64,000 nucleotides of DNA. Source: Anaerohalosphaeraceae bacterium (lineage in GTDB: Bacteria > Planctomycetota > Phycisphaerae > Sedimentisphaerales > Anaerohalosphaeraceae). The notes beneath the pieces were generated by a model. It was not told where the DNA came from. It made no database searches and worked only from the letters and a program-made list of their open reading frames with translations. Location of the stretch: contig CAXXSL010000019.1 in the NCBI GenBank assembly GCA_963675525.2, positions 1-64,000 of the forward strand, in the 5' to 3' direction. Shown here piece by piece: positions 38,284 through 47,471 of the stretch. Position numbers and translations under genes: made by a program. Position 1 is the first letter of the stretch; each line of letters begins with the position of its first letter.

Positions 38284-38703
38284 ATGGATCAGGATTGCAT
38301 TTTCTGTAAAATTGCTTCCGGCCAAATTCCTTCGCTGAAGATATTTGAAAATGAGCATATCTTAGCATTTATTGATATCGGCCCCGTTAGTAACGGTCAT
38401 ACGCTGGTGATACCGAAACAGCATTACAGGACACTGGATCAGATGACACCTGAAATGATGGCCGAAATAGCCAAAGTCCTGCCGATGTTGGCCGCATCCA
38501 TCCAGAAGGCGATGAAGTCGGAAGGCTACAATGTACTATGCAACAATGGGTCGGTTGCCGGTCAGGTTGTTGGGCATATGCATTTACATATTATTCCAAG
38601 AAATGCCAACGACGGTATATTTAATCAATGGCCGTCTTTCCAGTATCCGGACGGAAAAGCAGAGCAGATTGCAGAGAAAATACGGGAAAATCTAAGTCTT
38701 TAA
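38284..38703 (+). CDS. HIT family (histidine triad) nucleotide hydrolase
   Basis: DCIFCKI, GHTLVIPK, HMHLHIIP triad. Confidence 0.95.
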   Translation: MDQDCIFCKIASGQIPSLKIFENEHILAFIDIGPVSNGHTLVIPKQHYRTLDQMTPEMMAEIAKVLPMLAASIQKAMKSEGYNVLCNNGSVAGQVVGHMHLHIIPRNANDGIFNQWPSFQYPDGKAEQIAEKIRENLSL

Positions 38704-38714
38704 TAATCAAAGAC

Positions 38715-38743
38715 TTGATAACCATTTCCAAGTGTGCTATAAT
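38715..38743 (+). promoter_or_regulatory. Sigma70 promoter of tRNA-fMet
   Basis: TTGATA-17 nt-TATAAT with TG extended -10. Confidence 0.75.
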
Positions 38744-38757
38744 TACATTATATTCGT

Positions 38758-38831
<74 letters not shown>

Positions 38832-38834
38832 TTC

Positions 38835-38867
38835 ATAAACCGTTTTAAAACAACGGTTTATATTTTT
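38835..38867 (+). terminator. Hairpin after tRNA-fMet
   Basis: ATAAACCGTT...AACGGTTTAT followed by ATTTTT. Confidence 0.5.
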
Positions 38868-38971
38868 GACCACGCAAGGCCTTCAGCTTCGTGTCTCGAA
38901 ATGTAATTTTTTAGGAGAAATCAAATGATCAGCGACACGTCATCCGTTTCCCACCTCATCTGAAATTCTAT

Positions 38972-39030
38972 GAATATGACAAGTTATTTCTATATTATGA
39001 GAAGTACTTGTCTTTATTTTATGATATAAT
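38972..39030 (+). promoter_or_regulatory. Conserved promoter module, copy A (upstream of the lyase cluster)
   Basis: GAATATGAC-44 nt-TATAAT with ATGn extended -10. Confidence 0.75.
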
Positions 39031-39151
39031 ATGTCGTTCGGAAGTAATTATGTGGGGGGGACAGCATAAGCTGACGATCTCCTACATCGGGAGAGGGTAA
39101 CCATAAAACAAGCCCTTTTAGCAGGAAGACAGTTTGTTTAGGTGGGAATCA

Positions 39152-39422
39152 GTGAAAATCAAATGTTCATCAGTCGTTTTTCTATGTATCGTAGTAACAA
39201 CATCTGCTTTCCCAGAGCATCTGAAAGTGGATCTTAGTGTCTCCGGCCAGCCGGGCGGATGGGCTTCACGAACTGGGCGACCGTCAACTTTACGACAAAT
39301 ACACATACCACGACTTTTAGAAGTATAACGGCGATAATCGATATGACTTAGGCGACTTAAAGCAAATAGCAATAGACTGCCTCGATTGCAACCGCGAGCC
39401 TTCGTCACAGTGCGGATTATAG
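39152..39422 (+). pseudogene. Relic of a secreted dockerin-like-tailed gene
   Basis: Signal-like start (GTG; KIKCSSVVFLCIVVTTSA), VDLS..GQ remnant, then in another frame KYNGDNRYDLGDLKQIAIDCLDCNREPSSQCGL*, matching the end of CDS 41545..44244. Confidence 0.65.
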
Positions 39423-39455
39423 GACCCGCTGAATATTGAAAATGAATCGTTTAAA

Positions 39456-41477
39456 ATGAAAGAAGATTTAACAAAGAAGGCAATTATGCCAAACAAATAC
39501 TACTTAATCATAGGTATATGTTTATTTATTATACTTCAATGCGGTTTTTCTTTGGCACTTGCTGGTCCGATCGGCTGGGCATCAGTGAATGGTGGAACCA
39601 CGGGCGGAGAGGGTGGCGAAACCATCACCGTGACGACGAAGGATGAACTCTACAACGCCCTAAATTTGAGCGGCCCGAAGATCATCAATGTTAGCGGCAT
39701 GATTTCGTTCCCTGATGAAACTATTTCCGGCACGCAGGGCGACAAGACCATTCAGGGTGTAGGTTCAGGTTCGGGTTGGTACGGTTGTGTTAAGATCAAC
39801 GGCCCGAATAATGTCATCCTCAGGAACTTAACGCTTAAGACAGAGAACAGAGACCCGCTCCTCATTCAACAGGGAGCGACGAACTTCTGGGTCGATCACT
39901 GCTCATTTGTGCATGGTGTCGATGAGCTCATAAGTGTAAAGGACGGCGCCGACTATATTACTATATCCTGGTGCAAGTTCTCATTTGAATCTGAAGGTGA
40001 CCATAATCTGGCCGCTCTTATAGGATCCACCGACAATCATCCGGTTGACGAAGGCCACCTGAATATCACCTGGCATCACAACTGGTTTGCCGACCGGGTT
40101 CACGGCCGCATGCCGCGTGTGCGTTACGGCAAGAATCACGTCTTCAACAACTACTATGCTGTCCCGAATCATGACGGGTATTGTGTTACCGCCAATTGGG
40201 GATCGCAATTGCTGGTTGAGAACAATTACTTCTACCAGGTAGAGTCTCCTTATAACACCACAGACGACGGCAGACTCAGGGCTGTCGGCAATATACTCGA
40301 CGATTGCTTCGGCTCGATGAGCCCCGGCAACGATGTCGTCTTTACCCCTCCTTACGCCTATACACTGGAAAATCCCGTTGTAGCACGCGATAGGATCATC
40401 TCCTGTGCAGGCGCTGGTCACCTTGATTGCATCGAAGATGATACGCCTCCGACACCCGATCCGATGACGTGGGCTATTGAGCCGAATGCCGTAGATGGTT
40501 CCTCGATCTCGATGACGGCAGCGATAGCTTCGGATTTATTCGGCGCTGAGCACTACTTCGCCTGCACAACGGGTAGCGGGCACGATTCCGGCTGGCAAAC
40601 CAGTCCGACGTATGTTGATACCGGCCTGCAACCCAGAACCACTTACGGCTACCGGGTGATGGCACGGGATTTCAGCACCAACGCAAATGAAACCGGTTGG
40701 TCGGATACGGCTTCTGCAACAACAACCGCCTGGTCGTGCACGGCCCCAATCGATGAGGATCTCAGCGGCGACTGCCAGGTCAATCTGGTTGATTTCTCAA
40801 TGCTGGCGGCCCAGTGGACGGGTACTCCGGTCGTTGAGGAACCTAATGAACTTATTGTCAACGGCGATTTCACCACCGACCTGTCAGGTTGGACGCTTCT
40901 TTCCAATTCCCCCGCAACGATCACCTGGGACAGTGGTACTGCGTTGCTGGCTCGTAACGACGCAACGCTTTCCTCCGACGGAAACTTACTCTTTCAGATC
41001 ATTCCTGTGGTCAGCGGCCAGCAATACAAGATAGAGATCCAGTGGAAGGGTGACCTTTTGAATGGTGGAACCGGCCAAAACCGGGCCGAAGTTATTGTTG
41101 GCTTTGGCTCCAGCCCTACCGTTTTTAATGGCGCCATCATTTACAAGAAAGCCACGGATGGCGGTCCCAATGAAGAGCCGATGCCATGGGACTGGGAGAG
41201 CGTACTTCTTTCGCCCAGCACCTCCTTGTCGCCTGTTGACGGGATCTTTACCGCTACCAACAGCTATATGACGATCTGTTTCCATCTTGGCGGCAATGCC
41301 GGCGTTGGCCCAGGCTATTACTATGTGGACAACATCAGCGTGGTCGAAACCGACGTCATACCGTGCCCGTCGATAGACCTGAACGATGATTGTGCGCTCG
41401 ATTTGCTTGACATTGAGGTATTCGCAGCAGACTGGCTGACCTGCAACCGCGACCCGAGCAATGAATGCTGGCAATAG
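39456..41477 (+). CDS. Secreted modular pectate lyase (PL1) + Fn3-like module + dockerin-like/CBM-like/dockerin-like tail
   Basis: GWAS..GGTTGGEGG, FWVDHC, RMPRVRYG PL1 motifs; start may be ATG 39486. Confidence 0.88.
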   Translation: MKEDLTKKAIMPNKYYLIIGICLFIILQCGFSLALAGPIGWASVNGGTTGGEGGETITVTTKDELYNALNLSGPKIINVSGMISFPDETISGTQGDKTIQGVGSGSGWYGCVKINGPNNVILRNLTLKTENRDPLLIQQGATNFWVDHCSFVHGVDELISVKDGADYITISWCKFSFESEGDHNLAALIGSTDNHPVDEGHLNITWHHNWFADRVHGRMPRVRYGKNHVFNNYYAVPNHDGYCVTANWGSQLLVENNYFYQVESPYNTTDDGRLRAVGNILDDCFGSMSPGNDVVFTPPYAYTLENPVVARDRIISCAGAGHLDCIEDDTPPTPDPMTWAIEPNAVDGSSISMTAAIASDLFGAEHYFACTTGSGHDSGWQTSPTYVDTGLQPRTTYGYRVMARDFSTNANETGWSDTASATTTAWSCTAPIDEDLSGDCQVNLVDFSMLAAQWTGTPVVEEPNELIVNGDFTTDLSGWTLLSNSPATITWDSGTALLARNDATLSSDGNLLFQIIPVVSGQQYKIEIQWKGDLLNGGTGQNRAEVIVGFGSSPTVFNGAIIYKKATDGGPNEEPMPWDWESVLLSPSTSLSPVDGIFTATNSYMTICFHLGGNAGVGPGYYYVDNISVVETDVIPCPSIDLNDDCALDLLDIEVFAADWLTCNRDPSNECWQ

Positions 41478-41544
41478 AGGCTCGGTTGATTTGTCGGGAA
41501 TACGTATTTTTTGATTGAATAACATTTAAAAAAAGAAGAATACC

Positions 41545-44244
41545 ATGAATCGCAATTTATTAGGATTTAAATCAATGATTGCAAGAAATACTTCCATTTG
41601 CCTATTATGTCTTTTCGTTCTTTTTGGGGTTGATAGTATTTGGGCTGACTCGCCTATCGCCTTTCCCGGCGCAGAAGGCTATGGGAAATATGTTACAGGT
41701 GGGCGCGGAGGCGCGGTCTATGAGGTGACAAACCTTAACAGCTCCGGTTCCGGCAGTTTCGGCGCAGCGATTGGCGCTTCAGGCGCCAGAACTGTCGTAT
41801 TCAGGGTTTCGGGTACGATAACTGGCAATTTTAGTATCAATAATGACGATATTACTATTGCCGGACAAACGGCGCCAGGCGATGGTATCTGTATTAAAGG
41901 AAATCTTTCCACCAGTGCCGATAACATCATTATCCGGTATATCCGTGTAAGATATGATCCTACTTCTCAGATCCAAAACGATGCGATAGGCGGCAGGTAT
42001 CATAGCAACATTATCATCGACCACGTTTCAGCCAGTTGGAGCGCTGATGAAGTTTTTACGCTGTACCATAATGAGAACACAACCGTTCAATGGTGTATAA
42101 TTTCAGAAGGGTGCGAAAAGTTTGAAGACGGCGTAAGCGTAGGTCATCGATTTGGGGGCATCTGGGGAAACAACTACGGTACCTGGCATCATAACCTGAT
42201 TGCGCATAACGATAGTCGTAACCCACGTTGGGCTTCAGGTTGCGGGTATAACGATTACCGTAACAACGTAATTTACAACTGGGGCTATGCAAGTTGCTAT
42301 GGGGGGGAAGCAGTACAAGCCGATAGTGATTTTACATTTTCCACGATCAATATGATCGCCAATTATTATAAGCCGGGTCCTGCAACTGACAGTGGAGTAA
42401 GGGACCGTATTGCAGAGCCTTCAGCGCGTTCAGTTGACGATAAGGGCAGTTGGTATGTTTCCGGTAATTATGTGGATGGTTATCCCGCGGTTACAACCAA
42501 CAACTGGCTGGGAATGGACGGTAGTAATTACATAGCATTAGGTTCGCCATGGCCCGCGATGGCGATTAGTTGTGAGCAAACCGCCGAGGACGCCTATCTT
42601 GCTGTTCTTGACGACGTAGGCTGTTCATTCCCCACACGCGATAGCGTAGATGCAGATATTATTGATGATGTAAGTACAGGTACTGCACAATACGGTGATA
42701 ATGGCATTATCGACGTTCCCGACGATGTTGGCGGCTGGCCCACACTGAATTCCCTGCCGGCTCCTGCGGACTTTGACCATGATGGCATGCCTGATGATTG
42801 GGAAACCGCTAATGGCCTTAATTTGGAAATTGCGGCGGACCGGAATGGTCACGATCTGGATGCGAATTACACAAACCTGGAAGTATATCTCAATAGCCTC
42901 GTCTCCGGCGACATTGAACCTGATACAACAGCCCCTACACCTGACCCGATGACCTGGGCGATGGAGCCTAATGGAATAAACCCGACCTCCATCACGATGG
43001 TTGCCACAACGGCTACGGACACCAGCGGCGTCGAATACTTCTTCGATTGCACCGCCGGCGGCGGCCATGATTCCGCCTGGCAGGATAGCGCAAGCTATAC
43101 GGACACCGGCCTGACCCTTGGCGTTACATACAGCTATCAGGTCAAAGCTCGCGATAAGAGCGTGAACCAGAATATGACCGGCTTGTCGAGTGTCGCATCC
43201 GCATCGCCGATAGCCGATACGACGGCTCCAACGCCGGATCCGATGACATGGGCTGATGAACCGTATCCGGTGGACAGTTCATCGATTTCAATGACAGCAA
43301 CCACTGCAAGCGATGTCAGCGGCGTCGAATACTATTTTGCCAATACCACCATCATCGATGGCAGCCATGATTCCGGCTGGCAAGGCAGTTCAACGTATAT
43401 TGATGCCGGTCTGGTAAACGGAACGACGTACGGCTACCAGATGCAGGCACGGGATACCAGCCCCAACCACAATACCACCGGTTGGTCGGATGAAGCGTTT
43501 GCAACCACAGATCCCTGGACATGTACTGCCCCAATCATGGAGGACCTCGGCGGTGACTGCCAGGTCAATCTGGTTGATTTCTCGATGCTTGCGGCCGAGT
43601 GGATGAGTACTCCGGCTGCCCAGGAACTTGTTGTCAACGGGGATTTCACCGCCGACCTGTCAGGTTGGACGATTACACCCACCCCCCCCACAACGATTAC
43701 CTGGGACAATGGTACCGCGTTATTAGCTCGTAATGGGGATACGGCCGCCTCCAACGGTAATTACATCTACCAGAACATTCCTGTTGTTAGCGGCAATCAA
43801 TACCAGATAGAGGCCCAGTGGGCGGGTGACCTTTATAACGGTACACAGGGGCGCAACTGGGCTGAAGTATTTGTTGGCTTTACCTCTAGCCCCACCGCTT
43901 TTAGCGGCACCTTTTATTTCAAGAAAACCGTGGACGGCACTCTAAATTACTGGGAGCCGTGGAACATGGAGAGCGTACTTCTTTCGCCAGACGGCGGCCC
44001 TACAAATGGAGTCTTTACCGCTACCAACAGCTATATGACGATCGGTTTCAATCTTGGCGGCCATGACGACGGTGGTGGGGCCTACTACAACGTAGACAAT
44101 GTCAGCGTGGTCGAGTACGGAGGCACGCCCTGTCCGGAGTACGATCTATATGAAGATTGTCAATTGAATTTAGAGGATCTAAAGGTTCTCGCGGAGCATT
44201 GGCTCGACTGTCATCGAAATCCTTCGTCACAGTGCGGATTATAG
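41545..44244 (+). CDS. Secreted modular pectate lyase (PL1, AFPGAEG type) + 2 Fn3-like modules + dockerin-like/CBM-like tail
   Basis: AFPGAEGYGKYVTGGRGG, IAGQTAPGDGI, IIDHVSASWSADE, RNPR, DHDGMPDDWE..NGLN...YTNLEVYLNSL. Confidence 0.88.
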   Translation: MNRNLLGFKSMIARNTSICLLCLFVLFGVDSIWADSPIAFPGAEGYGKYVTGGRGGAVYEVTNLNSSGSGSFGAAIGASGARTVVFRVSGTITGNFSINNDDITIAGQTAPGDGICIKGNLSTSADNIIIRYIRVRYDPTSQIQNDAIGGRYHSNIIIDHVSASWSADEVFTLYHNENTTVQWCIISEGCEKFEDGVSVGHRFGGIWGNNYGTWHHNLIAHNDSRNPRWASGCGYNDYRNNVIYNWGYASCYGGEAVQADSDFTFSTINMIANYYKPGPATDSGVRDRIAEPSARSVDDKGSWYVSGNYVDGYPAVTTNNWLGMDGSNYIALGSPWPAMAISCEQTAEDAYLAVLDDVGCSFPTRDSVDADIIDDVSTGTAQYGDNGIIDVPDDVGGWPTLNSLPAPADFDHDGMPDDWETANGLNLEIAADRNGHDLDANYTNLEVYLNSLVSGDIEPDTTAPTPDPMTWAMEPNGINPTSITMVATTATDTSGVEYFFDCTAGGGHDSAWQDSASYTDTGLTLGVTYSYQVKARDKSVNQNMTGLSSVASASPIADTTAPTPDPMTWADEPYPVDSSSISMTATTASDVSGVEYYFANTTIIDGSHDSGWQGSSTYIDAGLVNGTTYGYQMQARDTSPNHNTTGWSDEAFATTDPWTCTAPIMEDLGGDCQVNLVDFSMLAAEWMSTPAAQELVVNGDFTADLSGWTITPTPPTTITWDNGTALLARNGDTAASNGNYIYQNIPVVSGNQYQIEAQWAGDLYNGTQGRNWAEVFVGFTSSPTAFSGTFYFKKTVDGTLNYWEPWNMESVLLSPDGGPTNGVFTATNSYMTIGFNLGGHDDGGGAYYNVDNVSVVEYGGTPCPEYDLYEDCQLNLEDLKVLAEHWLDCHRNPSSQCGL

Positions 44245-44277
44245 GGCCGGCTGAATGATTGAAAATGCATTGTTTAA

Positions 44278-47277
44278 ATGAAAGAATATTTAACGAGGGA
44301 AATTATGCCAAACAAACACTACTTAATCATAGGCATCTGTTTATTTGTTATACTTCAATGCAGCCCTTGTCTGGCAGTGGATACAGATCCGATCGGTTGG
44401 GCAACTCTTGGTGGCGGTACTACCGGCGGCCAGGGCGGTGAGGTTGTGACGGTGACGAACAAAGCCGAGTTCGTCACCGCTGTCAGCGATGACACCCCGC
44501 GTATCGTACAGGTGGTCGGCACGATTCACGGAGATGAAATAATTCCCAATGTTGGGTCCAACAAGACCATCCTGGGCATCGGGTATGATGCTCTGATCGT
44601 CGGATTCAGCGTCAAGGTCACCGATCTTGACAACGTTATCGTTCGCAATATTACCTTCCGTGGCGGGATGCCGCAGGACGGCCTGATCTGCCGCCGTGCC
44701 ACGCACATTTGGGTCGACCACTGCACGTTCTTAGACGCAGGCGACGGCTTGCTCGACTTCAGCGACCAGTGCGACTATGCTACAGTCTCCTGGTGCAAGT
44801 TCTACTACACCGGCAAGGTCAATCCCCACAGGTTCGCCTGTCTGGTAGGCTCAACCGACAACAATCCGCCGGACGAGGGAAAATTGAACATCACCTGGCA
44901 CCACAACTGGTGGGGCAACTATGTCGATCAGCGCATGCCACGCGGCCGCTACGGCAAAAATCACGTGTTCAACAACTACTACTCATGCACCGGTAACTAC
45001 TACTGCATCAGCGGGTCATGGGGTTTCGAGGTGCTTTCCGAGAACAACTACTTTGACCACGTGAATAACCCGCTGCTGGGTGCCGGCAGCACGCTGGAGA
45101 TTAAGTCCGTCGGCGATATTTTCGATGCATGCACGGGCAGTACGTCGACATACGGTAATGCTTTCGTGCCTGCCTATGCCTACACGCTTGATCCGGCGGC
45201 CAATATACCGTCAATCGTGCAGGAGGGATCGGGCACTACGGTTCTGGTTGGGGATTCAGCGCTCTGGCCGACCAAGGCAACTGTTCCCGCGCCGGCCAAC
45301 GGGCAGTTCAATGCGGCTGTGGGTTCGACGCTGACCTGGCGCGCCGGCAGCACGGCCGTCAGTCACAATGTCTACTTCGGTACTTCGCCGACCGGGCTTG
45401 CCAGCTACGGCAACCAGCCCGGAACCTCATTTACGCCGCCGGCCCTGACGGCGGACACCAAATATTACTGGCGCATCGATGAAGTCGCTGCCGATGAATC
45501 TGTCATTACCGGCGATCTGTGGACGTTCAAGACCGTTCCTGACCTTTCAGCCAATCTCTATCATTACTGGCCGTTCGACGTCGACTTTCTGGATGTTGCC
45601 CAGGTGTTCGCTTCGAACCCGAACAACCCGTTTGGGGCAGCATGGCTCGATTCTAATGCCAAATTGCTGGGCGGAGGCTGTCTGGACTGTACCTATGGAA
45701 AAGACGGCCTGAACGTTGGCTGGTCCGACTCGGGGACCAACAACATCTTCCCGGACAACGCCCCGATGACCGTCTCACTGTGGTTTAAACCAACGGCCCT
45801 GCCTGCCGTCGATGATACCGACTGCATGCTTGGCAACAAGCTCGGCGACCAAACGGGCGCCAAGACGTTCCGCATCGAACTGCTTCCCACAGGCAATTGT
45901 CGCCTGACCGTTGACAGCGCGACACCGGAATTCGTCAATTTGCCCACCTTGAACGGGTGGAACCACGTGCTGGTATCAATCGACGCATCCGGCCAACTGC
46001 GCGCCTGGCTCAACGCAAATGAGGCCGGCTCGATTACCCTGGCGACCAGCGCATCGAACAACTACAACGGCGAGTACGCCGGAATTGGCTTCTATGGCGA
46101 CGACCAGAACGGCTTTCACAGGGGTGATTACAGAGGCTACATCGATGACGTTGCCATCTGGGACGTATCATCTGACCTGACGTTTGCGGAAATCCTTTAC
46201 AGCGACGGCATTGGCAGGACAGCAATAGGGGATCCTGTGTTTACAACCGATCCGATCAGTAATCTGGATGGTATCGAACTGAGACCTTATACCGGCCAGT
46301 CACTAACATACTATGCTGACGGCATCGGAACTTTCAGCAAAGAGTCCGGTCCTGAATGGCTGTTTGTCTCACCGAACGGAACACTGTCGGGCATTCCGAA
46401 GGATGCAAATGTTGGTCAAAATACATTCACAATTCGCTTCGAGAATACATCCGGCGATTACGATACCGCGACGATGACGATTGATGCGGCAAATGTATAC
46501 AGTGGCGTGCGAGGGCTTGAAGATCTGGCCGGGCTGGCTGCCCAATGGTTGCTGACCAACTGCAGTGACACACCGGCCTGCGACGGGGCGGACCTTTCCG
46601 GCGATACGAATGTGGACGTCTATGACCTGGATACGCTGGCCTATAACTGGCTGGCCGACGAAACCCTCAGGCTGCATCTGCCGTTCGAAGAAGGCGCCGG
46701 CTCCACGACCGACGATCATTCCATTTTTGCCGAATCGGCCGTCCTTGTGAACGGTCCAACCTGGGACACCGGCTATACGGGAGGAGCATTGTATTTTGAC
46801 GGACTGGACGACTATGTCGAGGTCACCGATTTCAAGGGTATCCCCGGCGGCGCCAGCCGAACCTGTATGGCATGGATCAAAACAATCCAACCAACCGACG
46901 AGATTATTAGCTGGGGGGAAGATTACACCGGTGGTCGCTGGGTGATCCGCGTCAATGAGGGCGGTCAGCTTCGCGCGGAAGTACAAGGCGGCAATATCAT
47001 CGGCACCACAGTCATCAACGACGGCAGTTGGCACCATATTGCGGTCGTCCTGGAGGATGACGGCAGTCCGGATGTCAACGAAGCGAAGCTCTATGTCGAC
47101 GGGAATCTTGAAACGATCAGCTCATCCGCTGATGAACCCATTCATACGGGCAGCTACCAAAACGTACAGATTGGGATGTATTACACTGGAGAAAGATATT
47201 TCGAGGGACTCATCGATGATGTGCGGATTTATAATGTTGCCTTGAGTGAACAGGAAATTCAAAGTCTTTCGCAATAA
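44278..47277 (+). CDS. Secreted modular pectate lyase (PL1) + Fn3-like + LamG + Ig-like + dockerin-like pair + LamG
   Basis: GWATLGGGTTGGQGG, IWVDHC, RMPRGRYG; two LamG-like domains (YRGYIDDVAIW, FEGLIDDVRIYN). Confidence 0.88.
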   Translation: MKEYLTREIMPNKHYLIIGICLFVILQCSPCLAVDTDPIGWATLGGGTTGGQGGEVVTVTNKAEFVTAVSDDTPRIVQVVGTIHGDEIIPNVGSNKTILGIGYDALIVGFSVKVTDLDNVIVRNITFRGGMPQDGLICRRATHIWVDHCTFLDAGDGLLDFSDQCDYATVSWCKFYYTGKVNPHRFACLVGSTDNNPPDEGKLNITWHHNWWGNYVDQRMPRGRYGKNHVFNNYYSCTGNYYCISGSWGFEVLSENNYFDHVNNPLLGAGSTLEIKSVGDIFDACTGSTSTYGNAFVPAYAYTLDPAANIPSIVQEGSGTTVLVGDSALWPTKATVPAPANGQFNAAVGSTLTWRAGSTAVSHNVYFGTSPTGLASYGNQPGTSFTPPALTADTKYYWRIDEVAADESVITGDLWTFKTVPDLSANLYHYWPFDVDFLDVAQVFASNPNNPFGAAWLDSNAKLLGGGCLDCTYGKDGLNVGWSDSGTNNIFPDNAPMTVSLWFKPTALPAVDDTDCMLGNKLGDQTGAKTFRIELLPTGNCRLTVDSATPEFVNLPTLNGWNHVLVSIDASGQLRAWLNANEAGSITLATSASNNYNGEYAGIGFYGDDQNGFHRGDYRGYIDDVAIWDVSSDLTFAEILYSDGIGRTAIGDPVFTTDPISNLDGIELRPYTGQSLTYYADGIGTFSKESGPEWLFVSPNGTLSGIPKDANVGQNTFTIRFENTSGDYDTATMTIDAANVYSGVRGLEDLAGLAAQWLLTNCSDTPACDGADLSGDTNVDVYDLDTLAYNWLADETLRLHLPFEEGAGSTTDDHSIFAESAVLVNGPTWDTGYTGGALYFDGLDDYVEVTDFKGIPGGASRTCMAWIKTIQPTDEIISWGEDYTGGRWVIRVNEGGQLRAEVQGGNIIGTTVINDGSWHHIAVVLEDDGSPDVNEAKLYVDGNLETISSSADEPIHTGSYQNVQIGMYYTGERYFEGLIDDVRIYNVALSEQEIQSLSQ

Positions 47278-47471
47278 AAATGTTTGTGAGAATGAGATGG
47301 AATTTTATGTTTTAGAAAAAAAGATTTTAATATTCTTTCGTAATTCTTCAGGTTTTTAACCCGTGTTTGTTTACTAGAATAAGATAAGTTTATAAACGGC
47401 ACGGAAAAAAACACCGTGTATATATTCAAGAAAATGAGTTTTTGACTCATATTGATGAAAGGGCATGTCTA

